A program made the translations under genes and the position numbers. This document shows positions 26,900-38,859 of a stretch of 64,000 nt of DNA, one piece after another. Source of the DNA: Hemiscyllium ocellatum (lineage: Eukaryota). Numbering within the stretch: the stretch's first letter is position 1; every line of letters starts with the position of its first letter. A model generated the notes under the pieces. That model saw nothing but the letters and a program-made list of their open reading frames with translations. It made no database searches and was not told where the DNA came from. The stretch is taken from contig NC_083409.1 in assembly GCF_020745735.1 (NCBI RefSeq), positions 5,569,534 to 5,633,533 on the forward strand, in the 5' to 3' direction.

Positions 26900-27160
26900 G
26901 TAATTACAGTGTATCACAGTGCCTTTGACAATCTGTGTCACCTCTTCAAAATACTCAATCACATTAATGAGACAAGACTCCCATCGCACAAAGTCATGTT
27001 GACTATCCGTAATCAGTCCTTGTCTTTCTAAGTGCATGCAAATCCTATCCCTCAGAATTATTCCAACAAACTCCCCTACACTGACGTTTGGCTTCATGAG
27101 TCTATACTTTCCTGTGTTACCTTTTCTAGTCCATCTCCTCCGCTGCTCACAAAATAATTT
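26900..27160 (-). mobile_element. CR1 RT fragment
   Basis: Minus ORF GIILRDRICMHLERQGLITDSQHDFVRWESCLINVIEYFEEVT. Confidence 0.85.
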
Positions 27161-27369
27161 AAACATAGTTAAGTTGGTGATATGGCCAAGGATATGGTTT
27201 TCAGAGTGTGTCAGGGTCAGTGTTAGGAACTAGTCAAGCAGATTTCTCGAATCTGTGAAAACAATGTGCTTATGACAAAAACGAAATTACTCAAACTATG
27301 ATGGAAAAAAGAATGGTGAGAGGACAGTGCAAATATGTACATTAATATTTACCTTTGAAAAATACTGTG

Positions 27370-27371
<2 letters not shown>

Positions 27372-27457
<86 letters not shown>
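27372..27457. repeat. (AC)~43 microsatellite
   Basis: Direct read. Confidence 0.98.
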
Positions 27458-27459
<2 letters not shown>

Positions 27460-27574
27460 TAACAATCTGAAAAGCAATATCTCTGCAATGTTAACTTGAA
27501 AGAACGTTGTGAAAGTACTATGCAAACTTATGACAAAAGGAAAAATGAGTGTTTGGCCCAAATGTTCTCTAGTT

Positions 27575-28600
27575 GTAGAGTTTTAGAGTCCGACAGCATG
27601 AAGACAGGGCATTTGGCCCAAACTGGTCCATGCTGACCCAAGTGTCCATCTACTCTAACCCCGTTTCTCTGCATTTGGCTCACATGCTTCTGAACATTTC
27701 CGATCTAAATACATGTCCAAGTGCCTTTTAAATATCGTTATGTAAATGGCTCAACCACTTCCGCTGGCAGCTCATTCAACTGTCTGTGTAAAAAAAAGCT
27801 GCCCCTCTTGTTCCCTTTTATATTTTCCCTTCTAACCTTAAACTGATGCGTTCTCGTCATAACTTCCCCAACTCTGGGGAAAAAAAAGGCTGTGTACGTT
27901 CACCATATCCTTGCCTATCATGATCTTGAGCAGTTTTGATTAGATTAGATTCCTTCGAGTATGGCTCTTTGGCCAACAATCCACAGCGACCCTCCGAACA
28001 GTCACCCACCCAGAATGATTCCCCTTGTCTATATTTACAACTACTCATGCAGCGATCACTATGGACAACTTAGTATGACCAATTCACCCGACCTGCACAT
28101 CTTTGGACTGTGGGAGGAAACCCATGCAGAAACGGGAGAATGTGCAAATTCCACACAATCACCCAAGGCCTGAGTCCCTGGCGCTGTGAGACAGCACAGC
28201 TAACCACTTGTGTCACCCCTTTAAAAGCCCCCCACCCCCCCACCCCCGCTCAGTCTCCTGTACTCTAAAGAAAAATATCCAAGCCTGTCCAACCTCTCCC
28301 TGCAACTCAGACGATTGAGTCCTGGCAACACCTTTTTAAATTTAGTCTGTGTTCTTTCCAGTTTAATAACATCTTTCCGATAGCAATGTGACCAAAAGAG
28401 AGCACAACACTACAAGTGAGACCTCACCAACATTGTGTATAACTGCAGCATAACTTCCCAACTTGTATAAAAAGTGCCCTGACTGATGAAAGCCAGTGTG
28501 CCAAAATCCTTATTCACTGCCCTCTCTATCTGTGCCTGCACTCTCTGAGAACCGTGTTGAGAATTGTTTCTCCAAACAATTCCCCCACCTTCCCACCGTA
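27575..28600 (-). mobile_element. CR1 3' portion split by an HE1-type SINE (~27940-28215)
   Basis: CR1 tail gagttttagagtccgacagc; SINE tail tagattagattcc and gaatgtgcaaattccacac; RT piece ASWEVMLQLY-like (YTSWEVMLQLYTMLVRSHL). Confidence 0.85.
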
Positions 28601-28684
28601 ACTGCTGCTCCATGTTTTAATCAAAAGTGATCTATCTCTGACTTAAAGGCATGACTGTGTCTGCGTCTTGATATGGCTGATTAT

Positions 28685-30070
28685 CTGTGAGTGTGTGTGT
28701 GTGTGTGTGTTTCTGCGTATATCTGTTTAATGGAAGGTCACAGGGTGGACATGGAGAGTTGTGCATGTATGTTTCTGTGTATATCTGTTTAATGGCATGA
28801 ACCAAGTTGGTGGTGCAGGGTTGTGTGTGTGTTTCTGTATATAACTGCTTAATGGCAGGAGACAGGAGGGTTTTGGAGGTTGTGTGTGTGTGTGTTTGTG
28901 TGTGTGTTTCTGTGTATATCTGTTTAATTACAGGACACAGAGTGGTGGTGGAGGATGGCGTGTGTGTGTTTCTGTCTATGTCTGTTTCATGACAGGAGAA
29001 AGGGTGGAGGTATAAGGTGGTGTGTATGTTTCTGTATATACTTGTTTAATGACAGGAGACAGAGTGGTGGTGGAGGCTCGTGTGTGTGCTTTTCTGTGTC
29101 TATCTGCTTAATCGCAGAAGACAGAGTGGTGGAGGGTCATGAGTGTTTGTTTCTGTGTCTATCTGCTTAATGGCAGAAGGAAGGTTGGTGCTGAAGCCTT
29201 GTGTGTGCGTTTCTCTGTAAAACTGTTTAATGGAATGAGACAGAGTGGTGATGGAGTGTTGTGTGTGTTTCTGTATATACCTGTTTAATGGCAGAAGACA
29301 TGTTGGTGTTGGAGTTTTGTGTGCATGTGTTTCTGTGGATACTGTTTAATGACAGAAGACAGGGTGGAGGTAAAGGGTGGTGTGTGTGTTTCTGTATATA
29401 CCTGTATAACGACAGGAGACAGAGTGATGGTGGAGCCTTGTGTGTGTTTGTTTCTGTGTCTATCTGCTTAATGGCAGGAGACAGGGTGGTGGTGGAGGGT
29501 TGTGTGTGTTTCTTGACATATCTGCTTAATATCAGGAGGCAGGGTGATCGTGGAGTGTTGTGTGTGTGTTTCCTCGTACATCTGCTTAATCGCAGGAGAC
29601 AAGATGTNNNNNNNNNNNNNNNNNNNNNNNNNNNNNNNNNNNNNNNNNNNNNNNNNNNNNNNNNNNNNNNNNNNNNNNNNNNNNNNNNNNNNNNNNNNNN
29701 NNNNNNNNNNNNNNNNNNNNNNNNNNNNNNNNNNNNNNNNNNNNNNNNNNNNNNNNNNNNNNGACAGGTTGGTGCTGAACGGTTGTGTGTGTGTGTATTT
29801 TTCTGTAAAACTGTCTCATGGGAGGAGACAGAGTGGTGGTGGAGGGTTGTGTGTTTGTTTCTGTGTATACCTGCTTAATGGCAGGAGACAGGTTGGTGGT
29901 GGAGTTTTGTGTGCATGTGTTTCTGTGTATATGTGTTTAATAACAGGAGACAGGGTGGTCGTAGATGGTTGTGTGTGTGTGTGTGTGTGTGTGTGTGTCT
30001 GTGTGTGTGTGTGTGTGTGTGTTTCTGTGTATATCTGTTTAATGGCAGGAGACAGGGTGCTCGTAGAGGG
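28685..30070 (+). repeat. ~60-bp GT-rich minisatellite, about 20 or more units, spanning a gap
   Basis: Unit ~gtgtgtgtttctgtgtatatctgtttaatggcaggagacagagtggtggtggagggtt; anchors at 29281, 29342, 29402, 29464, 29522 and 29582. Confidence 0.95.
29608..29762. other. Assembly gap (155 N) inside the minisatellite
   Basis: Run of N. Confidence 1.
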
Positions 30071-30074
30071 TTGT

Positions 30075-30853
30075 TTTTCGAGCTGGAAACATGGGACCAG
30101 CCATGTTGGACAGGAAAATATGTTGTATCCAATTTGTTTTTCATTGTTATTAATGATTTAGATGATAATTACAGAAGTCATGATTAGCAAATTTGCAGAT
30201 TATGTCAAGATTGTTTTTATATTAGATGGGGTTTGTATAATGGTTAATAGTCTACTAAAAGTGACCTTGATCAATTGAATTAACGAATTATGGAGATGTC
30301 CAACAGAGAAAGAGATACTTCAATTCATCCGAGCCGACTAGATATTCTGAATTTGTTTAGTCCCATTCGCCAACATATCCCTGTAAATCCTCCCTATTAA
30401 CATGCCCATGCCTTTTAAATTTTGCACATGTGCCAGCCTCCACCACTTCCTGTGGCAGTTCATTCCATACTTGCACATCTTTCCCTGCCCATCTTAAACC
30501 TATACCCTGTAGTTTTGGACTCCCCTACATTGGGAAATAGACCTTGACCATTCATCATTCCCATGATCTGAAAAACCTCCAAAAAGTGCAGATGTGACGC
30601 CAGTCTACACGAATGGCTGTGCTTTCAGTCATCCGTGGCCTAAATTCTGACATTCAATACTGACATCTTTCCCTTCTCTATCAGATCGCAATTCTAAAAC
30701 CATAATAGTCAATGTGTTCCAGTCTTAGGTGACTGCGTGCAGTTCGCACAATCTCCCTGTGTCTGCATGGCATTCCTCCAGGTGCTTTGGTTTCCTCCCA
30801 CAATCCATAGATGTGCAGGTCAGGTGGATTGGCCATGCTGAATTGTCCATAGA
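30075..30853. mobile_element. CR1 fragments on both strands and an HE1-type SINE fragment (~30740-30853, +)
   Basis: gttattaatgatttagat..tttgcagat; reverse CR1 cctataccctgtagttttggactcc; SINE gatgtgcaggtcaggtggattggccatgctg. Confidence 0.7.
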
Positions 30854-30855
30854 TT

Positions 30856-31930
30856 TTGTCCAACACATTCCACCCTGACCTTAAATTTACTTGGACCATC
30901 TCTGACACATTCCTCCCCTTCCTGGACCTCTCCATATCCATTAATGACGACCGACTTGATACCGACATTCTTTTTCTTAAAAAGAACGACTCCCAGAGCT
31001 ACCTGGATTACATCTCTTCCCACCCTATCTCCTGCAAAAATGCCATCCCGTATTCCCAATTCCCATGTCTCCGCCGTATCTGTTCCCAGAAGGACCAGTC
31101 CCACCACAGAACACACCAGATGGCCTCCTTCTTTAGAGAATGCAATTCCCTTCACACGTTCTTAAAGATGCCCTCCAACACATCTCGTCCACATCCTGCT
31201 CCTCCGCCCTCAGACCCCAACCCTCCAACCATGGCAAGGACAGAACGCCCCTGGTGCTCACCTTCCACCGTAGTAACCTATGCATAAACCAAATCATCCA
31301 CCGACATTTCCGCCACCTCCAAATGGACCCCACCACCAAGCATAGTTTTCCCTCCACATCCCTTCCTGCATTCCGCAAAGGCCGTTCTCTCCATGACTAC
31401 CTGGTCAGGTCCACGTCCCCCTACAACCCACACTCCCATCCTGGCACTTTCCCCTGCCACTGCAGGAATTGCAAAACCTGCGCCCATACCTCCTCCCTCT
31501 CACCCAAGGCCCTAAAGGAGCTTCCACATCCATCAATGTTTTACCTGCACATCCACCAACATCATTTATTGTATCCGTTTCTCCCGACGCCATCTCCTCT
31601 ACATTTGGGGGACTGGACGGCTCCTCGCAGATTGTTTTAGGGACTATCTCTGGACACCCGCACCAATCAACCACCCCGCCATGTGGCCCAACATTTCAAC
31701 TCTCCCTCCCAAGCTGCCGAGGATATGGAGGTCCTGGGCCTCCTTCACAGCCCCTCCCTCACCACCCAACGCCTAGAGGAAGAAGGCCTCATCTTCCACC
31801 TCAGAACACTTCAACCCCAGGACATCAATGTGGACTTGAACCGTTTCCTCATTTCCCCTCCCCCACCTCACCCCAGTTCCAATCTTCCAGCTCAGCACTG
31901 CGCCCATGACTTGTCCTACTTGCCTATCTT
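30856..31930 (+). mobile_element. Penelope-like element, RT C-terminus and GIY-YIG endonuclease remnant
   Basis: FHPDLKFTWTISDTFLPFLDLSIS..SYLDYISSHP..AIPYSQF..LRRICS; PGTFPCHCRNCKTC; FTCTSTNIIYCIR..LYIG (31541-31610); QRLEEEGLIFHLRTLQPQDINVD; frameshifted. Confidence 0.92.
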
Positions 31931-32087
31931 CTTTTCCACGTTCTTCGAATTTAGGGAGTCATCGTGAGATTGTGCAGGACATTGATAAATCCTCTTCTGC
32001 AGTACTGCATGGAGTTCTGTTATAGGAATGATATTAATAAGCTGGAGAGGGTTCAGAAGAGATTAAGTAGGGTGCTGCCAGGAACAC

Positions 32088-32460
32088 CTCATTTTCAGCC
32101 TCGGGAGCCTACAAACACACAGCATGAAGATTGGATTCATTAATTTGCAACTCTTCTCTCGCCCACCCAGATCCGAGATCCAACCCTCTGACTCATGTCC
32201 CACCCTCTCAGGGGGCCTCCCGATCCAGTCTATACTACTCACCAACTTATCACTACCACCTTCCATCAATGTCGACCTATCACCTACCTCTACCACAGCC
32301 TCACCCCCCACCACCCATTTTTCTTTCATCTCCCTTCCCCGTCCCCAGTTCTGAAGAAGGGTCTTGCCCGAAACGTTGACTCTCTTGCTCCTCGGATGCT
32401 GCCTGACGTGCTGTGCCTTTTCCACCGCCATGCTTTATCTGCACTTAATTCTCCAGCATC
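32088..32460 (+). mobile_element. Second PLE 3' end with hammerhead motif (32346-32382), following a CR1 fragment (31955-32087)
   Basis: cctcattttcagcctcgggagcctacaaacacacagc repeats the LIF.L.TLQP.G segment; aguu-CUGAAGA-A-GGGU-CUU-GCCC-GAAAC-GUU-gacu. Confidence 0.8.
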
Positions 32461-33111
32461 TGCACTTCCCATTGTCTCTGAGATACATTTTTCTGTTAAC
32501 ATATTCGTACCGTCTATCTATTACAACCCACGCTGTCTGAGGCACATTTTCTCATCAGTCTTGGGATATAAGAGTTCTCTCAATGTTTTACTAATATTAT
32601 AATGCCTGAGCAGTAGTTTCCGGATTAATGTTTCCATTTATAAACAGAGAAGAATTTATGTTCCAATAAACCTCTGCCATTGCTCCCATATCCAATGCAG
32701 ATTGAATAGTTACACTCAATTGTTCTACAAGCCACAACATTCGTTCCCTTGCACACCCTGACATATCCTATCCAGGATGTGTATATTTTATTCATTATTT
32801 TGAATTTTAATAAAACAATTTTGAATTAAAAAGCGTTTGTTGGAGATATTTGCTCACTGACTGTGATTAATGTCGGTCTCCGTGGATCCTAAATGTGTCA
32901 CTGCAGGATTTGCCTTTTCGATTAATGAGGGACTCGGTTCAATGTGTTATCCCATAGTACATGTGGGAGCATCACTCACAGCAGTAACAGGAATCAGCAG
33001 CCCCAGACTGAAGGCAAGGATCCAACAATTAATCAGAATATGAGAACATTAGATGGGAATGCTCCAACAACGGATCAAAATCTGGGAGCATTATACTGGA
33101 ATGTTGCAACA

Positions 33112-33256
33112 ATGGACAGGAGTTTATAATCTAGCTGGCTTTATAATCTAGTCTGGCTTTACCAACCTTGGACATCATTAGCATGGTGGATCTATGACGT
33201 GCTGATTGTTATTCAAACTGGTTACTATCCCATCCTCTCAATACTTGGTGTTCCTG
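33112..33256 (+). pseudogene. First exon of a second shark GPR139-like GPCR, with premature stop and dead donor
   Basis: MDRSL*SSWLYNLVWLYQPWTSLAWWIYDVLIVIQTGYYPILSILGVP in one frame; TAA at 33127-33129; donor position reads G|TTAAG; two 42-bp units upstream (33021, 33063); 5' flank homologous to 24820-25000. Confidence 0.65.
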
Positions 33257-33659
33257 TTAAGTCGTTCTAACTGTCTATTAAAGCAGGTTAAGCTGAATTG
33301 CTATTCATATTATTAAAATTTGGAAAGGTGGAAGTCTACATTTTCAGCCCAAATCAAAAATTCCATTCCTTAAATTATCATGAGCAAATTACTACTTTCA
33401 AATTACTCATTAATATGCGAGAAGGAATCAGACACTTCCAAAACTCTATAATCCTTCTAGCCCTGAACAGATCGATATCTCCATATCCTCCCCACTCACT
33501 AATCCTGTCCAATACCTCCATAATGATATCCCAGTCTCCACCTCAGTGCACCTGTTTCAATCCCCTCTAACCACTTGTCCATTACAAAATAATTGCACGT
33601 GAAATGTTTAACTTGTTCTCTGCACAGAAACTGTCAGATTAGAATATAGTGCATGGTTT

Positions 33660-33965
33660 TCAAGTCATTGGCTCATGATCTTGAGCCACAGAATAATATT
33701 CTATTGATATGAAGGAAATTGGTGGCATTGGAATGAAACCATCATCATTAATTATAAAAAAAGCCCATCTGCTTACCTCATGTTCTTTAGTGAAGGCAAT
33801 GAGTCTTCCTTCCCCGATCAGGTCTCTGTGTGACTGTAAATCCACAGCAATGTGTTTTACTCTTTACTGTCCTGTGGAACAGCTGAACCAGCCATTCAGT
33901 TCAGGATCAGCATAACATGCTGGCCTGGCCAGGGCTGCAAGCATTCCGTTAGGGAAGAACAAAAG
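33660..33965 (+). mobile_element. Degenerate SacSINE1-like (Deu-domain) SINE
   Basis: tcatgttctttagtgaaggcaat..gtgactgtaaatccacagcaatgtg..atgctggcctggccag. Confidence 0.65.
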
Positions 33966-36819
33966 AAAAGATAACTCCCTTGCTCTGCCTGTTTTCCATA
34001 TTCTTACAGCTCATTTCCATTCAGGTGGGTGACCATTCCTTGTTTCAAGTACAATCCTTCTTAGTCTTCCCCTGAGAGTGATGTTCATCTCCCTTAGCAC
34101 CTCTGGTGTTGGCTTTGTTGATGCTCACATACAGATGTAAGGAGCTTTTAAATTCTGCATCAGTCGCAGTGTAGCGAAAAGGAAAGTTTTTTTTATGCCA
34201 CAGAAAAGAAACAGAGATGTCTAAGTCAGAAAAAGAAATTATTGTCATCAACCCTGAGAGTGTTGTTGAGGCAGTCTTTGGAACATTGTGGACAGATATT
34301 CTTTCCGGTATAAGGAATAATCGCTCTGCCACAGAGAGAATGTAAAGGTTTTACACCAGACTAATTCCTGGGATGGTGCACAATGAGGGGAGAATGAAGA
34401 TTAATCTTTAGCGCTCTGAGAGAATAAAAAAATGAATGCATTGAAACTTAAGGGGAATGGACAGTCTCTCATGATGTTCTAAAATGTCACTGATACGGTA
34501 ATAAAAATCCATGACGTGTTTTTACTCGGGTTACAAGAGCCTCTGAGGACGATGCTTCGCACCCCACTCCCAATCCGTATGTCAATTGAGAGAGAGAGTC
34601 AGAGGATCAGAATTTGAATAAACTCTCCCCACATTAATGAAGGGAATTTGGTGTGTTATCCTGTACTGAACATCACGTTATTCACAATCCTGACTGCAGC
34701 CACAATACTTTCATTCTAAAACAATTAACTACTCCCATCATTTTTCTGACCTCCATGGAGAACGTGGATCTGTCTACTCAGAGCTGAAAAATGCCTCTAT
34801 GGGACTTGGTACAAAACATCTGGCTTCCATCCTCACTGCCAGCAAACCATGTTAAAGTAGCAGGCATCCCACAGGCAATGGACCCACGAGGAACATCGGA
34901 GAGCCATCCATGAGTGCAGTCTCTGCTTCATTGTTTTGTCAGGCTGGAGCATCAATGACACTCTCCTGTTCTTATATGAGTGTCTTGAGGGGCTAAATGG
35001 CCTCCTCATCCCACGGAACAAGTTCAAGGAACTGATTGCGCTCTAGCTGATTCTGTTTAACAGCTCAATATACTGACCAGACCCCTCTTCTTTCTGTGAA
35101 ATAGGCGGTGGAATTGCATGGGCTGTCCCTTTTCTTGTTCAGTAGTTTCGATGGGCGAAACAGCTTCCACTTTTCGGTATGTAACCAGCTTGAAGTGCTG
35201 AATTAGCTCCTCTTTTAACTGTGTCTGACAGCGCTGTTGCATGAATGTTACTGCCACTTTAACAGCACAACCCTGAATGTTGTGAAGAATTGTACATTAA
35301 AGAGGAGTTAATGCTAATAATAGATCAGCCATGATGGTATGCAATGGCTTGCTTGTTCAAACTACCTGATCTTGTTCCTTACGTTCTCATATTCTGTAAT
35401 TACAAAGTTAATGGTTGTAATTTTCCTGAACGTTCTGTTATTGAAAGATGAAATCAGACAGAGCAAAACACTTTGTGAGTCATCTCTGTGTGAGGTCTGG
35501 CGACTGTATTCACAGTGAATCTGGGTCCAAACCATGACGAACAAATGAAGCACAAGTTGCAGAGAGTAGACACTCTGTAAAGAGACCAGAGGTGTCTTTC
35601 GAACACAACATGGGTTTTGAAATAATATTTTCCAACCCACATCAAACTGTGTGTGACAGCCTGGAGGGAATGAATGAGATCATGTATTACTGTGGATCAA
35701 GTATTTGGAGCAAGTTGCCCCTGTCATCGCCAGTGCAGGAGGTTTGAGGGTCTGAATAGAACATAGGAACATTGGACTGAGAAACAAGAGTGGTTCATTA
35801 GCCACATTGTCACTGCTTCAACAGGCACTAAGAACTTAGTTGATCTGATTATGGTCTCCGCAGCACTTTTCCGTCTGTATACTATTTTCCTACATTCACT
35901 TGTCTGGCAAATGTTTGACTACAACATAACTTTGAACAAATGCAAACATCCAGGCACCAAAAACGTTTGGGAAAGGGAATTACCACTTGAACAGTCCATT
36001 GAGAATTCTCATTCGTGTTCTGACAAGTGTTGGAGGATCACTGTGCCCTTTTGCTGACCCACTCCTCCATTGGTTACAACAAATTTTAAATGCATCCAGT
36101 TTAGTGATATGACCAATAGTATAGGACACAGACTGGGTCATTTTCGAGAAAAAAATGTGAGACGCAGAAAGTTGAACTCATAACGAATGGTAAAATGGTA
36201 GAGAGTCCCAAGTGTTCTTCTGCCTTTGAAATTATTCTACTCACACAAGCTGCTGGTAATGGGATTTATTTGTGGAACAGTTGGATTTGGCTGAACTCCC
36301 TTTGCTTCAGGCATTGGAGAGATTCCAATGAATACTGATCAGAAATCCTTCACAAGTGGTAAAGATAACTCAGGTATTTTATTGACTCACACTTTGCTAT
36401 CTGGCGGAACAAAGTAAGAGAGAGGGATCAATCAACATCCGCTGCTCAGGCATGGAACATTTTTCTCCCTCTCTGGGTTGAACCATACAATAATATCAAA
36501 ACCGAACTGGACCACGTGTGCTCTCCTGAAATATTCTCTGGACCGGATGATTAAAAAAAATTGTATGAAGGTACATCATCGCTGTTGCTGTACACAGTGC
36601 CTTTCATTAGAAAATTAATGACCTTGCTTTATCATCTGATGACATGTTTATATGCGTCTGTGTAATTTGTAAATATTGGTGGATATCTTAATATCAGTAC
36701 ATCGTATTATTAAATTGATTCTCTTGCTTTAAACTCCTTAACAAGAGAAAACATGCATCCAGCTGAAACATATTTCAGAAAGTCATGTATGGTTCAATAA
36801 GGATTCTCATCTAAGATCA

Positions 36820-37420
36820 AAGCTGATTATCGCACATAACACATGAGTAAAGGGTAACTTCTTTGAAAATCTTCGGAAATAATTTTTTTAAGGGGATCAA
36901 AACTGCACACAGAGTATCCGTTGTGGGTCTCAGCAATGCCCCATTCGGATGCCGTAAAACATTCCTCATTAAACGTGATAACCTTTGCCAGAAACAGTAT
37001 AATTTCACTTACTTTCCAAATCACTTGCTGCATCTGCAGACTGACTTCATATGATTCATGTCCCAGGAACATGGAAACGGCCTGGATCACAGAGTTCTGC
37101 AATCTCTCTCCATTTAAGTTGTTCACATTATTTTATCCTTCCTGCCACAATAGACAACTCACGTTATGTTATCCCTGCTGAAGGTGTGCTCACTAACCTG
37201 CCATGTCTGTATCACATTACAGACTCAGTACCTCCATTTGACGACATGTTGAATGATCATTTTGGTGATAAGCTAATTGAGCGTCAAGACATTCAGTTCC
37301 CTTCCTCCAGATCTTTAATACAGATTATTGGTCATTGATGATCTCTGAGGCAATCCAACATTTACAGCTTTGCAACCTGAAAATGAACATTTATCTTGAC
37401 TCTCTATTTCCTCTTACTGA
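36820..37420 (-). mobile_element. Old CR1 fragments
   Basis: aaaactgcacacagagtatcc and tcacttgctgcatctgcagactgac are reverse CR1 RT remnants. Confidence 0.55.
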
Positions 37421-38204
37421 CAGATTCCCTGTTCCTGTGTAGCATCTAAGGTGGGTTGAATGGTCTCCTGCTGGGCTGTGTAATGTCCTCATGCCGGGGG
37501 GAGGTGGGGGGGGGGGAAGATGGAATGGATATTGGGCACTGCAACACCGGGCTTGGCCCTTTCTGTTCTATTCCAGTCTGTTTTCCTTGGAATGGGTAAA
37601 AAAGAGGGAGGGAGTGAGGGGGGAAGTGGGTGTCCCTGTTGTTCGTGCTGGTGTAGATGGAGGGGCGAAGGTTGAGATGTCCAGAGGGAGTCTATCCACA
37701 ATGTTGTATCCATGCAGTGTTATTCGTGTGTGTGTGTGTGTCGGGGGAGGTGGAGGTGGTATTGCATCCGTGACAAAAAAAGTGTGGAAGGGAAGGAATT
37801 GAATTCAGTACTGAGAGTGATAGTGTGTGAGCCTTATTTGGTGATAGAGCGTGAGCTTTGTTCAGGGGAAGGTGATATAATTATATGCAGTGAGTGTGAG
37901 GGAGCAGAGAGAATACGGTGACCCTTAACCTTACAACGTGGGGAGGATAATGATCCTTGTTCTGTGTTGCTGGAAATTTCTTCAGGTCATCTTAGCATCG
38001 AGGTGAGCGTCCCCAAATGTCTTGTCCGCGTCCATGACTAATAACTCCACGGCTCATGTCCCTTAGCTTCAAAAGAATCAGTGCGGGTGGATCTTACAAA
38101 TAGCAAGGAGCAGCAAACAATGGTGTGTGACATATCTAAACCAAGACTGTGGTGCAAATATTTTTCATCATATGCTCTGGAAATTAGATAGCAAGTATAT
38201 GCAA

Positions 38205-38532
38205 GGGGAAGCAATGGCCCAATGGTATTATCGCTGGACACTTAACCCAGAGACTCAGGTAATGTTCTGTGTCACGGGTCCACCATGGCAGATGGTGGAA
38301 TTTGAATTCAGTAAGTATTTGAAATCAAGGTTCTATGATGATCAGGAATCCATTATCAATTGTTGGAAAATCTCACGTGATTCACTAATGTCTTTTTGGG
38401 AAGGAAACTGCTGTCGTTACCTGGTCTGGCCTACATGTGACTCCAGACCCACAGCAATGCGGTTGACTCTTAACTGTCCTCTGGCATGGGCAATAAATCC
38501 TAGTTATCCAGCGACACCCTCATCCTGTGAAT
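38205..38532 (+). mobile_element. SacSINE1-like SINE, near full length
   Basis: tRNA-like head, gcagatggtggaatttgaattc, cctggtctggcctacatgtgactccagacccacagcaatg core, gggcaataaat..atcctgtgaatg tail. Confidence 0.85.
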
Positions 38533-38545
38533 GAGACCTTGAATG

Positions 38546-38835
38546 AGCGGCACGGTGGCACAGCACTGCTGCCTCACAGCACCAGAGACCCGGGTTCAAT
38601 TCCCACCTCAGGCGACTAACTGCTTGGAGTTTGCACATTCTCCTCGTGTCTGCGTGGGTTTATTCTGGGTGCTCCGGTTTCCTCCCACAGTCCAAAATGT
38701 GTTGCTTCGGTGAATTGACCATGCTAAATGGCCTGGAGTGTTAGGTGAAGGGAGAATGGGTCTAGGTGGGTTGCGCTTTGGCAAGTCAGTATGGACTTGT
38801 TGGGCCGAAGCACCTGTTTCCACACTGTAACTAAT
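38546..38835 (+). mobile_element. HE1-type SINE immediately after the SacSINE1-like copy
   Basis: gagcggcacggtggcacag..gacccgggttcaattccc..ccacactgtaactaatc. Confidence 0.9.
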
Positions 38836-38859
38836 CCACAAAAAAAACCTTATAAATTT

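Noticed and set aside
26563-26928. 121-aa ORF downstream of GPCR exon B, considered as exon 2
   Set aside because: No transmembrane pattern or GPCR motifs, and the frame is not evidently conserved in the paralogous block
29261-30187. 200-aa Cys/Val-rich ORFs
   Set aside because: Translations of the GT-rich minisatellite that run across an N gap
35511-35549. CACAGTG + 23 bp + ACAAATGAA, RSS-like
   Set aside because: Nonamer matches only 5 of 9 and the upstream frames have no V-domain motifs; kappa V segments would carry a 12-bp spacer
35610-35747. Short frame containing SLEGMNEIMYYCGSS, like the end of a V domain
   Set aside because: No upstream Cys or Trp framework and no heptamer after it
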